Source: Carcharhinus longimanus (taxonomy: Eukaryota). From it: a stretch of DNA of 64,000 bases. Numbering within the stretch: the stretch's first letter is position 1; each line of letters begins with the position of its first letter. The stretch is taken from NCBI GenBank assembly GCA_030264375.1, contig JASCQW010000119.1:8544137-8608136 (forward strand), read 5' to 3'. Positions 50,278 through 63,431 of this stretch are shown here, piece after piece. The position numbers were made by a program, and so were the translations under genes. The notes beneath the pieces are model-generated. The model ran no database searches. It saw nothing but the letters and a program-made list of their open reading frames with translations, and was not told where the DNA came from.

Positions 50278-50605
50278 CATAGAATGATAGAACACTACAG
50301 TGCAGAAAGAAGTTTTTCGGCCCACCGAGTCTGCATCCCATCCAGGCTCTACCCCGTATCCTTACATATTATACCCAGTAATCCCTCTAACCTACATATC
50401 TCTGGAGACTAAGGGACAATTTCTTAGCATGGCCAATCAACATAACCCGCACATTTTTGGACTGTGAGAGTATCCGAAGGAAACCCACGCAGACACGAGG
50501 AGAATGTGCAAACTCCACACAGACAGTGACCCGAGCCGGGAATCGGACCCAGGAGCCTGGAGCTCTGAAAAAGCAGCGCTAACCACTGTGCTACCGTGCT
50601 GCCCA
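50278..50605 (-). mobile_element. Full-length V-SINE (HE1-like)
   Basis: Reverse complement of the 45083-45412 family. Confidence 0.95.
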
Positions 50606-50685
50606 CATCTCACAATAAGGTGTGTGGCCTATCCGACACCAGGGAATCTCCACACCAGGAACCAACCCTGTTTCACTCAATAGAT

Positions 50686-50845
50686 TTTTTTTTATTCGTT
50701 GGACATGTTGTCGCTGGTTGGCCAGAATATACTTCTTATCCGTAAATGACCACGGGCAATTGAAACTCCGCCCAATTGTTGTGGTTCTAGAGCCAGAGAA
50801 AGGCAAAATCGAGAAAGGGCGGAAAAAAAAATCTTTACCAAATCA
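50686..50845 (-). mobile_element. Deu-like SINE 3' fragment
   Basis: TTTTATTCGTTGGACATG...GTCGCTGGTTGGCCAG, as at 28163-28200. Confidence 0.5.
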
Positions 50846-50854
50846 ATATTTTAC

Positions 50855-51160
50855 TTAGAATCCTCCAGTGCAGTAGGCCGCCATTCGGCCCCATCGCGTC
50901 TGCACCAACTACGATCCCACACAGACCATATCCCCATAAAGAGAGCTAGATCCCCGAATCTGATGGGCAATTTAGCATGGCCAATCCACCTCACACGTAC
51001 ATTTTGAAGTATGGATGGAAACCGGAACACCCAGAGCAAACCCGGGCAGACACGGGGAGAACATGCAAACAAAGACAGTCAACCAAGCCGGGAATTGAAC
51101 CCAGTTCCCTCGCGTTTTGAGGCAACAATGCTAACCGCTGTATCACAGTACTGCCCCCGT
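50855..51160 (-). mobile_element. V-SINE (HE1-like)
   Basis: GGAAACCGGAACACCCAGAGCAAACCC...CAGACACGGGGAGAACATGCAAAC. Confidence 0.9.
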
Positions 51161-53074
51161 GAAACATGTGCTAAAATGTATACTGCCATAGCCAGATGTG
51201 TGTTTTTTTTAACTCAAATTTCACCATCTCCTTTGACAGTATTCGAACAGGAGTCACTATAAATTTAGTTGTGTTTCGGGATTATTAATGCAGCGTGGAT
51301 ACCACAATGTCANNNNNNNNNNGCAAGCAAAAAGGCAGTAACGATTGTTTGTGTTTTTTTTTATTTGCACCTGCATAATAAACGGATGCTTAATGCTCAC
51401 ATCAAGGTTATTTTACCTTTGTTTTACTGTCCTGGCAGCAGCATCAATATTGCTATACTATCAGGACATCTTAGAATTTTTTTTTCAAAAGACGGGAATA
51501 GTACTGTTGTTTACATGAGATTTACAGTGTGCCATTCGAAATTCTTTAAAACATGGTGAACATCGTTTTTGTTCATATTACTAAAATGAGTAAGATGTCA
51601 AAATATATTTCTTTGCAATCACGCACTTCAGTAACATAACTTACAACTCACTCTCTCGGCATGTTTGCATTGGAAACGAATCTAGAAATGGCCTTTAATA
51701 ATTTAACGTTGTGTCTGCAACTATTGCTCATTGTCACCAATGTATCTGCGAGACAGCTCAAAATTATCTCATATGTGTAACAAAACTCATTCCTCGACAG
51801 CAACATCCACATCCCAGGAATTAAGAGAGAATACATGTTTGCAGGTTGGAAGATGCATTCCTGTAGAGGATCTGAAACCAACATTATGCTTTCTTATCGG
51901 GATACTGTCCAGCTGAGGTTGCACATCAATTACTGTTCACAGTAGCAATCTGTGAACAGAATTCCATTTTGTCAAGAATTAAGGCGGTCGAATGAAATAT
52001 AAACTGACAGTTTTCGGGGGCTGAATATCTGACATTAATTGGGCTGTTTCAATTTAGTGTATGTGAAGAGAAGGAAAATAAAATAAACTTGGAGGTATGG
52101 TGCAGTATCACTCGACTGCATGTCTATGAAGTATAATCAAATTAATAATTGGATGTGGAAAAGCCACGATTGCGACGATCGGCCAGAATATCCTCATCGC
52201 CAATGTTCTGGAGACTTTGTTTTTCAGAAAACCAATAGCTCAATTGATTGTATTAATCCCCCAATGATTTTGAGTTTGCGAGTAGATTATAATATATGTC
52301 AGTGACGCATTCATGTGACGTGATTGTATGAAATATTTCATCCCAAACTGATTGGCCACTTTGCTCTTCACAAATAATGGCGAGGCATTGTGTACGTGCA
52401 TTCCACTGGACAGTAAGAACATTTCATTACCGCACCAAGTGCCCCAACATTTTTTTTTGACGGCAACAATAGCTTAAGAAGTATATTTCCGTTAATGATC
52501 GGAGTGATCGTAGTCTGATCGAACAACATTCACACTTCGTCACTGCATGCTTCCTTCTTTTTTTTCTGACCAAATAATGGTTTTGGCAAGGTCATCCTCC
52601 TCATATTAAATCTTCAGTGTGAAGATATTTTAGTATGTCTAGGCTGAATTTAATCTGTCTTGTAACAATTCATAAGCTTCAAAGCATGCACTCCATTGAG
52701 GACACTGTTAAATTTGAAGAATACAATTCAGTTGTCCGTTATGTTGAATCTAATTTTTCGAATTGAAAACCGACAATGTGGTTAAATTTACTTACTCGCA
52801 CTGTACATTCTAAATTACTTTCAACGTGTATTGTGCACTTCACTGGCAAATAAATGTAAGAAAAAGACATAAATACACATTGAGCGAGAATACAGTGTAC
52901 AGATAATCCCCTATGCCAAAGTCAATGCGGGCACGAAGCATGGGACAGTGAGAGTAAAAGGCTCGTGCAAAGCATGCATGTGGCGACATGTTCTGATCAT
53001 TCAAGAGGATGATAATTCTCGGGAAGGGAAAAAAAAACAACTTCACTGTATCTGTTTTCTTTGATTGCGCTATC

Positions 53075-53350
53075 TGATGAAGTGCTTGGTAATGCTGCGC
53101 CACGGATCCAGCAAGCTGGGTTCAACTCCCGATTGGCGTCTCTGACTTTATGGAGTTTGCACATCTTTCCTTGTTCCGGCGGTTTCCTCCAGGTGGTCCT
53201 GTTTCTCCTCACAGTCCGTAAGACGTGTTATTTGGTGATTTTGCCAGGGCGCATTTTCCCTCAGTGTATCCGGGCAGATGCATGAGTGTGGCAGTTCCAG
53301 GATTGTCACAGGAGTGTAGTGTAAGTTGGCGTTTTCACAATTAAATACAT
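53075..53350 (+). mobile_element. V-SINE variant with a different tail
   Basis: GGGTTCAACTCC B-box, V-domain TGGAGTTTGCACATC..., tail TTCCCTCAGTGTATCCG...GAGTGTGGC. Confidence 0.75.
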
Positions 53351-53429
53351 TTTACCGTTAAATATTTAAATAATTTATTGTCTTCTTGTTACAACACGGG
53401 GAATCTAAGTATTTAATCTCCATGTTCAG

Positions 53430-53456
53430 ATGGAAAGATGGGGAGTACAGATTCAG
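53430..53456 (+). CDS. Candidate 27-nt phase-1 micro-exon, (D)GKMGSTDS
   Basis: TTTAATCTCCATGTTCAG|...CAG|GTAACA. Confidence 0.5.
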
Positions 53457-54353
53457 GTAACACGCAAGTTTATGTTGATGCATTTCTGCGTATGATATGA
53501 CGTTTGTTGAGAAAACAACCATCCTATGTGCTGAAGTTACCTAAAATAAAATCAGAACAAAGCTTTGCTGTTACTTTTCTTGTGGCGGTCTTGTTTGTTT
53601 CAGTTCTGTGAATTCGTCCAACTTTGCTACCTCTCTGCCTCTGTCTGTGTCTGTGTGTGTGTGTGTCTCTCTCTCCAGTTTCTAACCTACCCTGCAACCC
53701 GCCAATTAAAAAAAAATGTACATGCCAATAATATCATAGAGTTTTTAGCAGACTTTTTTGACAATGCATATTCGACAATTCATTGCACAATGTTGTGAAA
53801 TATTAGATATCCTGTTTCCTGTGATATTGATTTTCATTTCTCTCACTGTCTCAGTGCAGTTCATGATTTTGTATAATTCTGTCGAAAACGAGTTTCTCAT
53901 CTGGCGGTGCCAGANNNNNNNNNNGTTTGCAGTGCATTCGCGTATGTTAAAGAAATAATTCAAATTATTTGATTGTTGTTTGCACTCTGTGTGTCCATTT
54001 GCTGATTGTGGCTCGCCTTTCATCACCTTTTTTATGTTTGCGAGGTTTTATTTTAATCTGCCCAGAACGTATTTTAATGTATTGATGGCAGTAACAATTT
54101 CATCTCTATAAGCAGACGAAGGCAATGTTATCTTATGCGAAATTATGTATCATAATCATTACCGGCTATGTAATTGGCTTTGATAACAAATCGTACACGC
54201 ACCATTCCAGGAAAGCTAAATTTTCAACCTGCTGGGTGGTCATAGCCGTACTTCGGGTCCAATGCACCGTTCAGGTGAGAACATTACAATTAATTACTAT
54301 AATGGCCTTTGAATATTTAACTCTCAGAACAGCTAAATGCTAATGCCAGAACG

Positions 54354-54397
<44 letters not shown>
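54354..54397. repeat. (GT)n microsatellite
   Basis: Directly visible. Confidence 0.97.
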
Positions 54398-54399
<2 letters not shown>

Positions 54400-54949
54400 A
54401 ACCAGCAACTGTTCCATTGTTTGAAACAGCACCTTTCTGTCCGTAACTCAATAACTAAATCTAATAAGTTGGCATTGTTGAATGCATGTGACCAGTTCTG
54501 TTGAGGAAACAGAGCTCATACTAATTGCTCTGAGTTAACTTTCATTGCATGTTACTAATAGCGTTCTATTTCATTCCAATGAAGGTACTTGCTTTCCTAA
54601 CCAGAAGCACAGGCGACAGAAAAGTGCACAAGTGAGGTGCAGAATCCAGAATGGATTCCCACGGGTGAAAACAAAAACTGGCCATTTCCACATTATCCAA
54701 TGCACACGGCAATCGTTTGTCTGATTTTTCCAGCAGTAGATTTACTCTGAATATTTGTCAGAACACTTCGGATATATATTTCAAAGTAAACCTATAGTCA
54801 CTGGCTGCTGGCTTGTGTATTTGTGATCATCGTACAATTATAAAGCGGTGATATCGCCTACGCGTGTTGTCACTGAAAGTTATACGTGTACCAAATGAAT
54901 GCATCAATATGAATTGACATCTAGTTTCATTCAATAAAGCCACTCTTAG

Positions 54950-56000
54950 TTCTACACTAACTATAACGTGGATAAGGATGCGAGCAACGTGGACAGACTT
55001 TCACAATAATAGAATATGCAATGGTAACAATTTAAACCAGTTACAAATCACAATCTATCTACGATAATCTCGAAATGGTAATGTTTCTACAAAGCCTGAG
55101 CCGCTGCAACTGCTGCTGCAATTCAAGAGAAACACAATTTGTTCCTCGCACAGAGAGGATGCGACCATCAAGCCAAAAGGACGTTAGGCCTTTCACATAA
55201 ATGAATCATGAGATTTTGGAAATGTTAAGACAGTGCATTATGGATTCTGAAGACATGCATCACAAAGACTGGCAGGTTGTTGAAAAGACTACGCACTTTC
55301 TGTTGTGAACAAGGTTCACAGAAATATCCTTAGAGACTTATCTCCTGCTCACATAAAGAAAATCACATTCGGAAGTAAATGCAATTAAATCCATGACTCG
55401 GAAAACTGACAACTAAGTCACAATGTGCTAACATATACCTTGAATTCAGGGTTATTTGTCCAGATGCTACTGAAATGTGTCAATACAGTCGGCGAAGCGT
55501 TTTTTTTTATTTCGGACATGACACACATGTCATTATTTACAGGAGTAAAACAGCTTCAATCACCGATACAGTGAAGTGGTCTATCCGTGCCATTGAGGCA
55601 ACTTAATCTCTGCAATAAAAAAAAACAAACTGTGGATTGCGCTGAACTGGAGAAGTTTGCTAAAATAATAATAAAAAACAAAACTAATGTTCTTCATTGT
55701 TGGAAACTGGAACCTCTGCTCAATAATGAAGCACATGTATTCGGAACAATTTTCAGCCAGAAGGATAGAGTGGATCATTCATCTTGGCCTCATCCATAAG
55801 TTGTCATCATTTCAGAAAGCAGCTTTCAGACAATTCGATGAAATCCATATGTAGTAAAGTAAAAAATGATGGCCGTATTCATTTCAAAACCTATGNNNNN
55901 NNNNNAAACCTATGGACTTTGACAATATTCCGAAATTTGTACTGAAGATTCCGACTCCAGAACATGACACCCAAAAACCATGATCGTCGTGTGCATACAA
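54950..56000 (+). mobile_element. CR1-group LINE (partner-type tail of the Deu-like SINE), internal ORF2 fragment
   Basis: EAHVFGTIFSQKDRVDHSSWP; ...CTATGGACTTTGACAATATTCCG...GTACTGAAGA (G.DNIP..VLK). Confidence 0.65.
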
Positions 56001-56929
56001 AACACTTCAATATACCCAGCAACACAGAAAAGAGAGGAATATCGAGCTATGACAAGTGGGCATGAAAAAAAAAACTCGCTTGTCTCTCTTTACATCCGAC
56101 TCTAAGGATAAAGATGTTTAATTCCAAAAACGTCCTTCAATGTTCGAGATTGCGCCGAAAATAACTACCAACAAAGCACACTACCCGAATTTTACAGCAT
56201 GGTTCCATATCATTGCTTGTACTGAGTTTTCAGGCGCTCTTTTTTTTACAGTTCGAAAGTTTGTGGCCTCCACAACCTTCATATGCAAAATTCTCCAGAT
56301 TCCAACTGCAACCTCAATGAAACAAAAGAAATCTCAAATCACAGGGGAAACTCCTGCTCCTTGGGTTCAAGCTATGGTCCTAATGATTGCAACTTAGGCA
56401 AGGGGAGAAGCAGCTTCCTATTCATTCTGTCCCTTTTCATCATTATGCGATACACCGCACAATCCTGTGCACTTGTCAGGTCTAGAGAAAATAAAACATT
56501 CTTGCCAATCCAGTCAGATTTGGAATGTCATATGGTCTAAAGTAAAAATTCGGGTAAGCCTGCAAGAGTGATCGTATCCTTCCCATGATAAGATGAACAG
56601 ATCTAAATCTTAGTACTCCAACTGAGGCTGAAGCCATGTTCAGTACAGCTCCTGCATTATTTTCTTGTACTCTGTGGCACAAACTATGAAATTAGGTGTT
56701 CCATTAGCCATCTCACATGCCATGTGCATCTGAACTTTCACTTTTGATATCCGTAGTAAGTACCTCAAATCGATATACTTTTAACAAAAGTTATGGTGAC
56801 GAATAAGCCATCAACAGCACAATCTTGGGCACTTTTTTCAGACATAAAATGATAATGAGCCCTACTTTTTTGTTTCATTTTCATTTTCCATTTCCATTTG
56901 CACTGTGAGAGTGCTTTGTTGGATCAAAA

Positions 56930-57840
56930 CGCTTCCGGAGATGACAGGCGTGTTGTAAGATAGCGAGTGTTCCATATTTATCGCAATGATAGTAACATAA
57001 TGAATGTATATGTCAAAGTTAGAACAGTGAGTGAATTTAAGGGGAAAACTCAGGTAGTTGTGTTATCTAGTGTGTGATTCCCTCAATCTTCCAGGTGGTC
57101 ATGACAGTGTGTTTGAGAGTTGCTGCCGAAAGAACGTCGGCGAGTTTCTGACGAGTATGCTACAAGTCCTAAACACAATTTACTGTTTGACAGTGATAGT
57201 GTGGTCATCGACTTTTGCCCTCTGTACAATGTTGGTGAAAATATGATCAAAAGAACCTAGTGCCAGTTGTGAACTGAAAGTGCCTGCCCTTGAGATCATG
57301 ACAGCGCATGACCAAAAATCCCATCAGGGAACAAGGCAGCAGCTTTTGAATCCTGTGATGAATAAAATCACTTGCTGACACCCGAAACGACTTCCACTAT
57401 GAACAAGACGCAAACAGGCAATGAAATTATACCATCTCCAATTGCCTGGACGAGTGCATCGTGAATTCGACTCACGGAGCTTGAAACCAAAATGAATGAA
57501 ACAGCTCACTGAATTGGGACCCCTTTCATGAACACTCGGCTACATCACCGCCTCTTCCAAGAAAACCACTATGACCATACAGAAGGTTAGGAGAAACACA
57601 TACCTGGCAACATAACCACATGAAAGTGCTCCTTTCAATTCACTCACGATTCAGATTCAAACATATACAATTGCTATCTCACTGTCACTGCGACAGGTAT
57701 AAATACCTCCTCCCGAGCAGAACGTCTGACACCTCCAGAACTTCTGTAATTCAAGAAAACTTCTATCTTGTAAATTGTAACTAGAGACGGGAAATACATG
57801 CTGAGAAACGACGATTAGATCCCACCCATGAATGAAATCA
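56930..57840. mobile_element. Same LINE family 3' end (+, 57250-57840) with an inverted copy (-, about 56930-57230)
   Basis: TCTCCAATTGCCTGGACGAGTGCA (SPxAWxSA) and tail CCCATGAATGAA. 57040-57130 is complementary to about 57540-57630. Confidence 0.55.
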
Positions 57841-58088
57841 TTTCATTTTCCTGTTATACATGTGACCAAAACTTGGCAATTGTATGTCAGTCATCAGTTA
57901 ACAGAACAATTATACCAACGTTGCCTGTCTGTACAATAACGTTTCCTTCATTGATTACTTAAATTGTTGATGATTGCACGGCAGAGTGGAATTCATGGAG
58001 TAGGCCATGGCGCCACAGGCCAAAGTATGCAACAGTTCCATTGCACAATGTTTCAAATTGTGTTTGATTTATATTGTTTTCCTTTTAG

Positions 58089-58115
58089 ATTTCAACAACC
58101 TTTTTGAAGGAATGG
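58089..58115 (+). CDS. Candidate 27-nt phase-1 micro-exon, (D)FNNLFEGM
   Basis: TATTGTTTTCCTTTTAG|...TGG|GTAAGA. Confidence 0.55.
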
Positions 58116-59204
58116 GTAAGAAAGTACATTCTTGATGGTGCTTAACTGGGATTTTCGCAGAGTTCCAGATTGAATGAATATATATGTTGGCGAGTGAAAA
58201 TCAAAAACCGTTAACATGGGCACGTCTTTGAAAAGCTGCAGGTGCGCATCATGAACAGAAATGTGCAGCGCAAGTTGTTGCACATAAAATGTAATGGTCC
58301 ATTGAAATGTACAAAGTTGCGATGTGGACTGTTGCCAAAAGACTGCACGTTGTGTTTCTTTCGATTGATACAGGGAAATACGTAACATGTTGCAGTTTTT
58401 TTTTTCAACGTTCCAACGCATAATTACTTGAGATCACTCTGACAGCAATTTTACAGTTGCAAATAAAATCCCACGTGGCGTACTTGTTCTTCTTCCAGAA
58501 CAACCATCACCNNNNNNNNNNNNNNNNNNNNNNNNNNNNNNNNNNNNNNNNNNNNNNNNNNNNNNNNNNNNNNNNNNNNNNNNNNNTTTAAATTAAATCA
58601 TGCAAAATATCAATGCTATTAATCATTGTCAATAATTGTTAATCTTGTGGTTTTCTTGATTCCGCCTGCGTGCCTGGTTCATATTCTGCTAATATCACGA
58701 TCCTTACTGTTAGTTGTAATGGTGGTGACGTCTTGTGGTCATGCTGTTGCATGACAACATTGGCCCTTTGCAAACATTTACTATGAAGGCATTTAATATG
58801 AAGATGCAGGTATCAAAGTTATTAATGTCTAGTAAAAATTACAGCTGGTTATCATTGTCAGAGTGGCTGGAATAAGATGATCAAATCTTACCATGTGGCA
58901 CAGCTTAAAGATCGAGGCATCAACACCAAATAGGGCAGATAACGAGAACATAACCGAATATAGTGCATATTATCGATACCCAGGATAGAAAGAAGCCGAG
59001 CTTGGTAGAAAATCCAATGCTAACGTTTTACCACCACATGCAAAGGTTGTGGAAATACTGATTATTTTCAAATAGACAAAAACACAAGGGACAAATGATG
59101 ACAAATGTAGTTCGGTCCCCATTTGGATGCGTTCAGGAAGAATAACGAAGTGTTCCTGCAATTAATGAACGTCTCAACCTTGCATTTGTCTTATTCATCA
59201 GCAT

Positions 59205-59500
59205 CGATATCATCATTCTCTTCGGCTGGATATTCTTCTTCTTGACATCCGTATTGTTATGTCCTTTTTCTTGTTGTTCTTGTTCTTTTTGCTCTTGTTT
59301 TTGCTCTTTTTCAACTTGTTTACGTTGTTGTTGTTGTTGTTGTTGTTGTTCTTCTTCTTCTTCTTCTTCTTCTTCTTCTTCTTCTTCTTCTTCTCCATCT
59401 TCCTCCTCTTCCTCTTTCCCCTCATCTTTCTCTTCCAACTCGTTGTCGTCCTACTCGTCCTTCTTCTCCTCCTCCTTCTCCTTCTATTGTCATTATTCAT
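59205..59500. repeat. Compound (GTT)n(CTT)n microsatellite in a pyrimidine-rich low-complexity tract
   Basis: Directly visible; explains the poly-E/Q/K/S/F ORFs. Confidence 0.95.
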
Positions 59501-59768
59501 ATTTCCTTTTGCAATCCCCTTCATATCATGAGTTTTTATATTTCTGCATTGATATCAGGATGTTACTGAATTTTCTGATTCAACGCTGCACGGTCTAAAC
59601 TAAAATTCAGCATTAATTGACGAATGTGAGAGTGTGGTCCTGCGTTAGATTTGCAGTTTTCTTTAAGTACGTGAATGCAAACGTTATGCATGCATGTCTG
59701 GTTGAGCGTCTGACAAACCATTCATCGATTTTGTTTCTAGTCAGAATTTTTTTTTAATGTGTTTACAG

Positions 59769-59795
59769 CAAAGAGCATGCTGGACAAAGATAAGG
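59769..59795 (+). CDS. Candidate 27-nt phase-1 micro-exon, (A)KSMLDKDK
   Basis: TTTTTTTAATGTGTTTACAG|...AGG|GTAATG. Confidence 0.55.
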
Positions 59796-60958
59796 GTAAT
59801 GCAACATATCAGGAAGAACTGTATGTATTCTGGGCAACCGCGTTGAAATGAACATTATCAACATCATGCATATTTCTGACGTGGATATACTCTAAATTTG
59901 TGACGGATGCTTCCCTTGAAAGATAGAGATTGTGGAATCACATTAGGGCATTGAAATGTTAATGTAATGTCAATCGAGAGGTAAAATCTGTTGAGCACAT
60001 GAAAGCGGAGAAACACAAAATTTTGAAGGCCATGCAGTCTGTCAGATTTCACGGTGCAACAGTGAAGGGTAGGAGTTGGAACATCGTAAATGTATTCATT
60101 ATGTTGTTTTCACTGAGAATTGTGGCCTCATCATGGAACATGACTCTCAAATGGACCATAACATGGCTAGAAGAATAAAAGCTATTGAGCTAACAAGATA
60201 TTTCGGATACAAATGTGCAATGCAGAAGCAACATGTCATTGAAATTTGACATAATGTAAATACATGTGATTCCAAGGTGATGTCACTCAACATTGTGTTT
60301 TGATCGCATACGTTCAACAGTGTTTTCTAACCCCGTAATTAAAACCCTGAAATCATACATGTTTTTATTCGACCGACATTTCCAAAACAGAATTGGAATA
60401 TTAAAGAAAATGAATCCCTGAGACATGATTTTACCACGTCAGTGGATTAAAGTATTGACAACACAGAAGTGACGTTCAGCAGAAAAAGAAACAGTCAATA
60501 TAAACAGTCAATAAACAAACAGTCAAAATACTCAACGGCGCCCCCACTGATTATCTGACCAGCTAACAGAAAAGTGGACTGAAACGTAACTTTAAATTAC
60601 AGGAAAACATATGAGACCCACGAATTGTAGATGATGTAATTCATCATGTTTGTCTTTCCAATATTCCCAGCAAGATTACACAATCAATCCAGTGACAATA
60701 TTTTTTTGAAATAGGTTGAGGATATTTTTTTTTTCTCGCTGTGGGAATTTGAGAGCGCATGAGTGCGTTTTGAGTCCCCATTAATTTTGCTCAATATATG
60801 TGAATGTCAAACATAACCATATGTGTTGCATTCGAACGTCGGTTGCAGTATCACTGAAATGCCACAGTGCAACACTTACTTTTGCTTCGATTAACTGAAT
60901 AAAAAAAAACAACTAATTTCGCATTTCATTGTGAATGTTTTCTTATTTTATACTGCAG

Positions 60959-60994
60959 AAATACGCAAATTGAAAGAAATACTGAAAGATGCTG
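60959..60994 (+). CDS. Candidate 36-nt phase-1 micro-exon, (E)IRKLKEILKDA
   Basis: Branch-like CTAAT at about 60913; TTTTCTTATTTTATACTGCAG|...CTG|GTGAGA. The peptide is an amphipathic helix. Confidence 0.55.
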
Positions 60995-61926
60995 GTGAGA
61001 GCAATCATCAAGTGAATGATTCTGCTTTCAAATGTTCACTTAATTCAGAGTATGTAAGGTAAATAGTACTAAGAAAAAAATGCTTATTCATTTTATGGGA
61101 CAAAGTAAGTGTTGACCGTATCCATCAGCAATTGTTAATTTCTTATAGAAACACTGTGCACGTCTTTACATGTTGCCAGGTATGCCGGAATATGATGGCG
61201 TCCGAATCGAACAACATTTATTTGCTCAACACTAAAGGCACATCAGAAATAATCATGCGTGCGACGCGTGTGTGCATTGCAAAATCATCCCATATAATGA
61301 CATGTTCCAGCATGCTTCACTTAAGTAGTGATAATAGATTTTTCGACATGAATTAGTATTCCAGTGCCAATTCAGACTTCCCAAAGAAACTTTGTGGACT
61401 ATTACTAAACGCTGGATAATACGATAGAAATGGACACATCTGAAACTGTTACTCTTACCATCAAGCAGCAAAAAAAAACAGAAGTATTAAAGTGTTGCAG
61501 ATAAGTCAATAAGTTATAGATTAATTTCAAGCTAAATATATGTGACAAGGCGAAACGAGTTGAAAAAAAAAATCTGAATTGACAACGAGATATCAGCTTG
61601 CACATGTGATTTTTTTCGGCACTCAGAGAGATCAATTCAGGTAAAGAGCAGGAATTCACATTCACTTTTGCTGCACACCATTTTTACAGGAAATAATTAC
61701 GTAATAAACTAATGCCATGTGTTTGCAGTTAAATGAGAAATTTTAAGGCTGATCTTGAAGAGATATTTTGCAAGACAATTGTATCTAAATGGGTACCGCA
61801 CAAGTTTGTTTTTTGTCGAATGGATTAATTATCAGAATTTTGGCATACATGTTGGCATGAGGTCAGAATAGAAAAAAAGAACCTGAAGTGCTCAGTCGAT
61901 CTTATCAAACATTTTCTTTTTTTCAG

Positions 61927-61940
61927 TTCAACGAGAATAG
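61927..61940 (+). CDS. Candidate terminal coding exon, (V)QRE-stop
   Basis: Strong acceptor TTTTCTTTTTTTCAG|; TAG at 61938-61940 in phase 1; AATAAA at 62401-62406. Confidence 0.35.
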
Positions 61941-62519
61941 GCAGTTGGGTTCTTCCTTTAGTTTGGAAATGCAGTCGACCAAATCGAACAAAAGTGGTAT
62001 ACGTATAGGGAGACGTTTAGAGAAACACAAACCTGGATAACAATAGCTGCAAGAACCCTAAATTCGGATATGTGCTCCTGACACAAAATGTCGTCTCAAT
62101 TCCCGCTTCACGAATTCTGTTTGATCTTTTGACATTTCGCAGCATTTTCTCTTCCTGTTTCAGATTCCACCACAAATACTATTTTGCTTTATTTCCTCCC
62201 ACATTAGCTTAGCATGTTACAGAGAAGCAAAATGAACAGTAGAAAGACAACAACAAACAGCTGCAATGTGGTAAGAATAGAAATGAGTCATCAAAGGAAG
62301 CAGATTGGGACACTGCTGCTCCCATTTCGTTTTCTTCTGTGCATACCTAATGCATTGCATAAATTGCTCAGAAGGATTTTTAAATAAGAGTAAACTCATA
62401 AATAAAATACAACGGCAGGCATTGAAATCCACTGATGGGGCACTGCTATCAAACTTTATTATTAACAGAAACTTAACTCATTAAATCAAAATGACATGAG
62501 TTGTTTTCAGGTGCACTCC

Positions 62520-63220
62520 AGCCCCGTGGCACACATGAGTGTGGAAGGCCAGTAGCAAAACAAATGCAAAAGACATATTCCCATTCAAGGCTGCCTTGAA
62601 AAACGGACAGACAATTCGGCTGTTAGACTCCATCGATCTGGCTTTTTACTGGACTTGTTAATGCTATACTTGGTGAAGCAGAGAACCACGCCAAAGAGAA
62701 GGACTGCCACACCATCCTACTCATCGTCAGCACCTGATGTCAACTGATTTGTGTTTTCCACAGTAGATGAGCAGTAGCTTGATTTCATCGGCAATGATGC
62801 AAAGCAAAGAGAAACATTATATGCTTATGACCATTCAAGTTTTACCACCCTCATGTAAACATATTTTCTGTGAATGGTCACGGTCACGCATTTCATGCTC
62901 ACAGTTATTGCACGCCATCCAGTCGGAAGCGTCCTGGTTCCTTTGACATAGCCGTATTATTGCTCAAGTGGCAATACAAGCACTCAGAGTAACAATTTGG
63001 AAACGACGATTCAAACAAGCACCACAGATGATGATGTCAAATGCAAGCCTTCACTTAATGTCTCATGATGTTCTTGAAGTTATCCACTGAACTTGCTATC
63101 GATTTATTTCCTCGATGATATCAGAGAAGACATTTGATATCCTTAGCTGGCCTGCCCTACATGAGAATTAACAATATTTCAGTGGAATTTGAACAAACCA
63201 CCAGTGATGCCCCACAAAAT
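62520..63220 (+). mobile_element. Very decayed LINE endonuclease-region fragment
   Basis: Weak nucleotide resemblance to the family at 54950-57840 (CCATCCTACTCATC...TCCACAGTAGATGAGCAGTAG). Confidence 0.35.
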
Positions 63221-63386
63221 GCACAGGAAACACCCTGGTAGAACTACAGTTCGATTTCAGAGCTTAGAATGACTCGTTTTTTTTCGAATATTTTATAATT
63301 AAGGAAAGGTACCCCAGGTTTGCATTTTCTGCAAGCGTCCCACTGTCCCAACCAAAACTCGCTCCTTCCCTGCAGACGCCGGAGCT

Positions 63387-63387
<1 letters not shown>

Positions 63388-63431
<44 letters not shown>
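63388..63431. repeat. (CA)n microsatellite
   Basis: Directly visible. Confidence 0.97.

Noticed and set aside
55886-55914. Direct repeat AAACCTATG on both sides of a 10-N gap
   Set aside because: Most likely contig-end overlap, i.e. an assembly artefact.
59133-59598. Four overlapping ORFs of about 90-120 aa rich in E/Q/K/S/F
   Set aside because: They are translations of the (GTT)n(CTT)n microsatellite.
60489-60530. AAACAGTCAA repeated three times
   Set aside because: Short slippage repeat; no spacer structure, so not CRISPR-like.
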